From sequence record DRR378314_166: 47,132 nucleotides of DNA, one strand, 5' to 3'. This document shows positions 47,024 through 47,132 of this stretch, piece by piece. The position numbers and the translations under genes are program-made. Each line of letters begins with the position of its first letter. Positions within the stretch are counted from its first letter, which is position 1. The notes under the pieces were generated by a model. The model saw nothing but the letters and a program-made list of their open reading frames with translations. It was not told where the DNA came from and searched no databases.

Positions 47024-47132
47024 TCAGCTTTTGACGGCAGAATATGGGCAATAAATTTCCTTTCAAAAATGGCAGTTTTACTGACCTTTTTTTGATAAAC
47101 ACAAAAAATGACATATTTTTTAAAAAAAGGGT

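Noticed and set aside
1..47132. CRISPR arrays, tRNA/rRNA, IS elements, integrases, prophage or defence genes
   Set aside because: No regularly spaced repeats, RNA-gene signatures, or transposase, integrase or nuclease motifs seen by eye; small RNAs cannot be excluded without a covariance-model search.

Overview
Gene-dense chromosomal segment (roughly 50% GC by eye) of a bacterium, most likely a free-living alphaproteobacterium judging from gene families and promoter style (inference). It holds about 38 metabolic, transport and regulatory genes, and I saw no rRNA, tRNA, CRISPR, IS or phage genes. In order: a DEAD-box RNA helicase cut by the window edge (absent from the ORF track) with a long hairpin-rich leader; sulP, mscS and a small K+ channel; GMC oxidoreductase, maiA and fahA divergent from a non-canonical MBL-fold protein; a DadA-like oxidoreductase, Mo-bisPGD oxidoreductase, GFA protein and glycerate kinase; an XRE-cupin regulator divergent from tdh-kbl, then an apparent decayed spoVR fragment; betB and an EamA transporter; argE with a dpp-type ABC transporter and a convergent M14/DUF2817 peptidase; GST, orphan hybrid kinase, YeiH, class C acid phosphatase, CGNR/ABATE protein and DUF2867; a malonate locus (matB, matR, TRAP matPQM, matA) whose matP is frameshifted in an A8 tract; ghrA; and an SDR-MaoC-nitroreductase-acyl-CoA dehydrogenase operon. 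Best leads for new biology: the Arg-substituted MBL enzyme sharing twin operators with fahA/maiA with no hmgA in the window, the DadA/Mo-enzyme/GFA/glycerate kinase module, several readable operator sites, and the matP homopolymer frameshift. All family calls come from motif recognition by eye; no database search was run.
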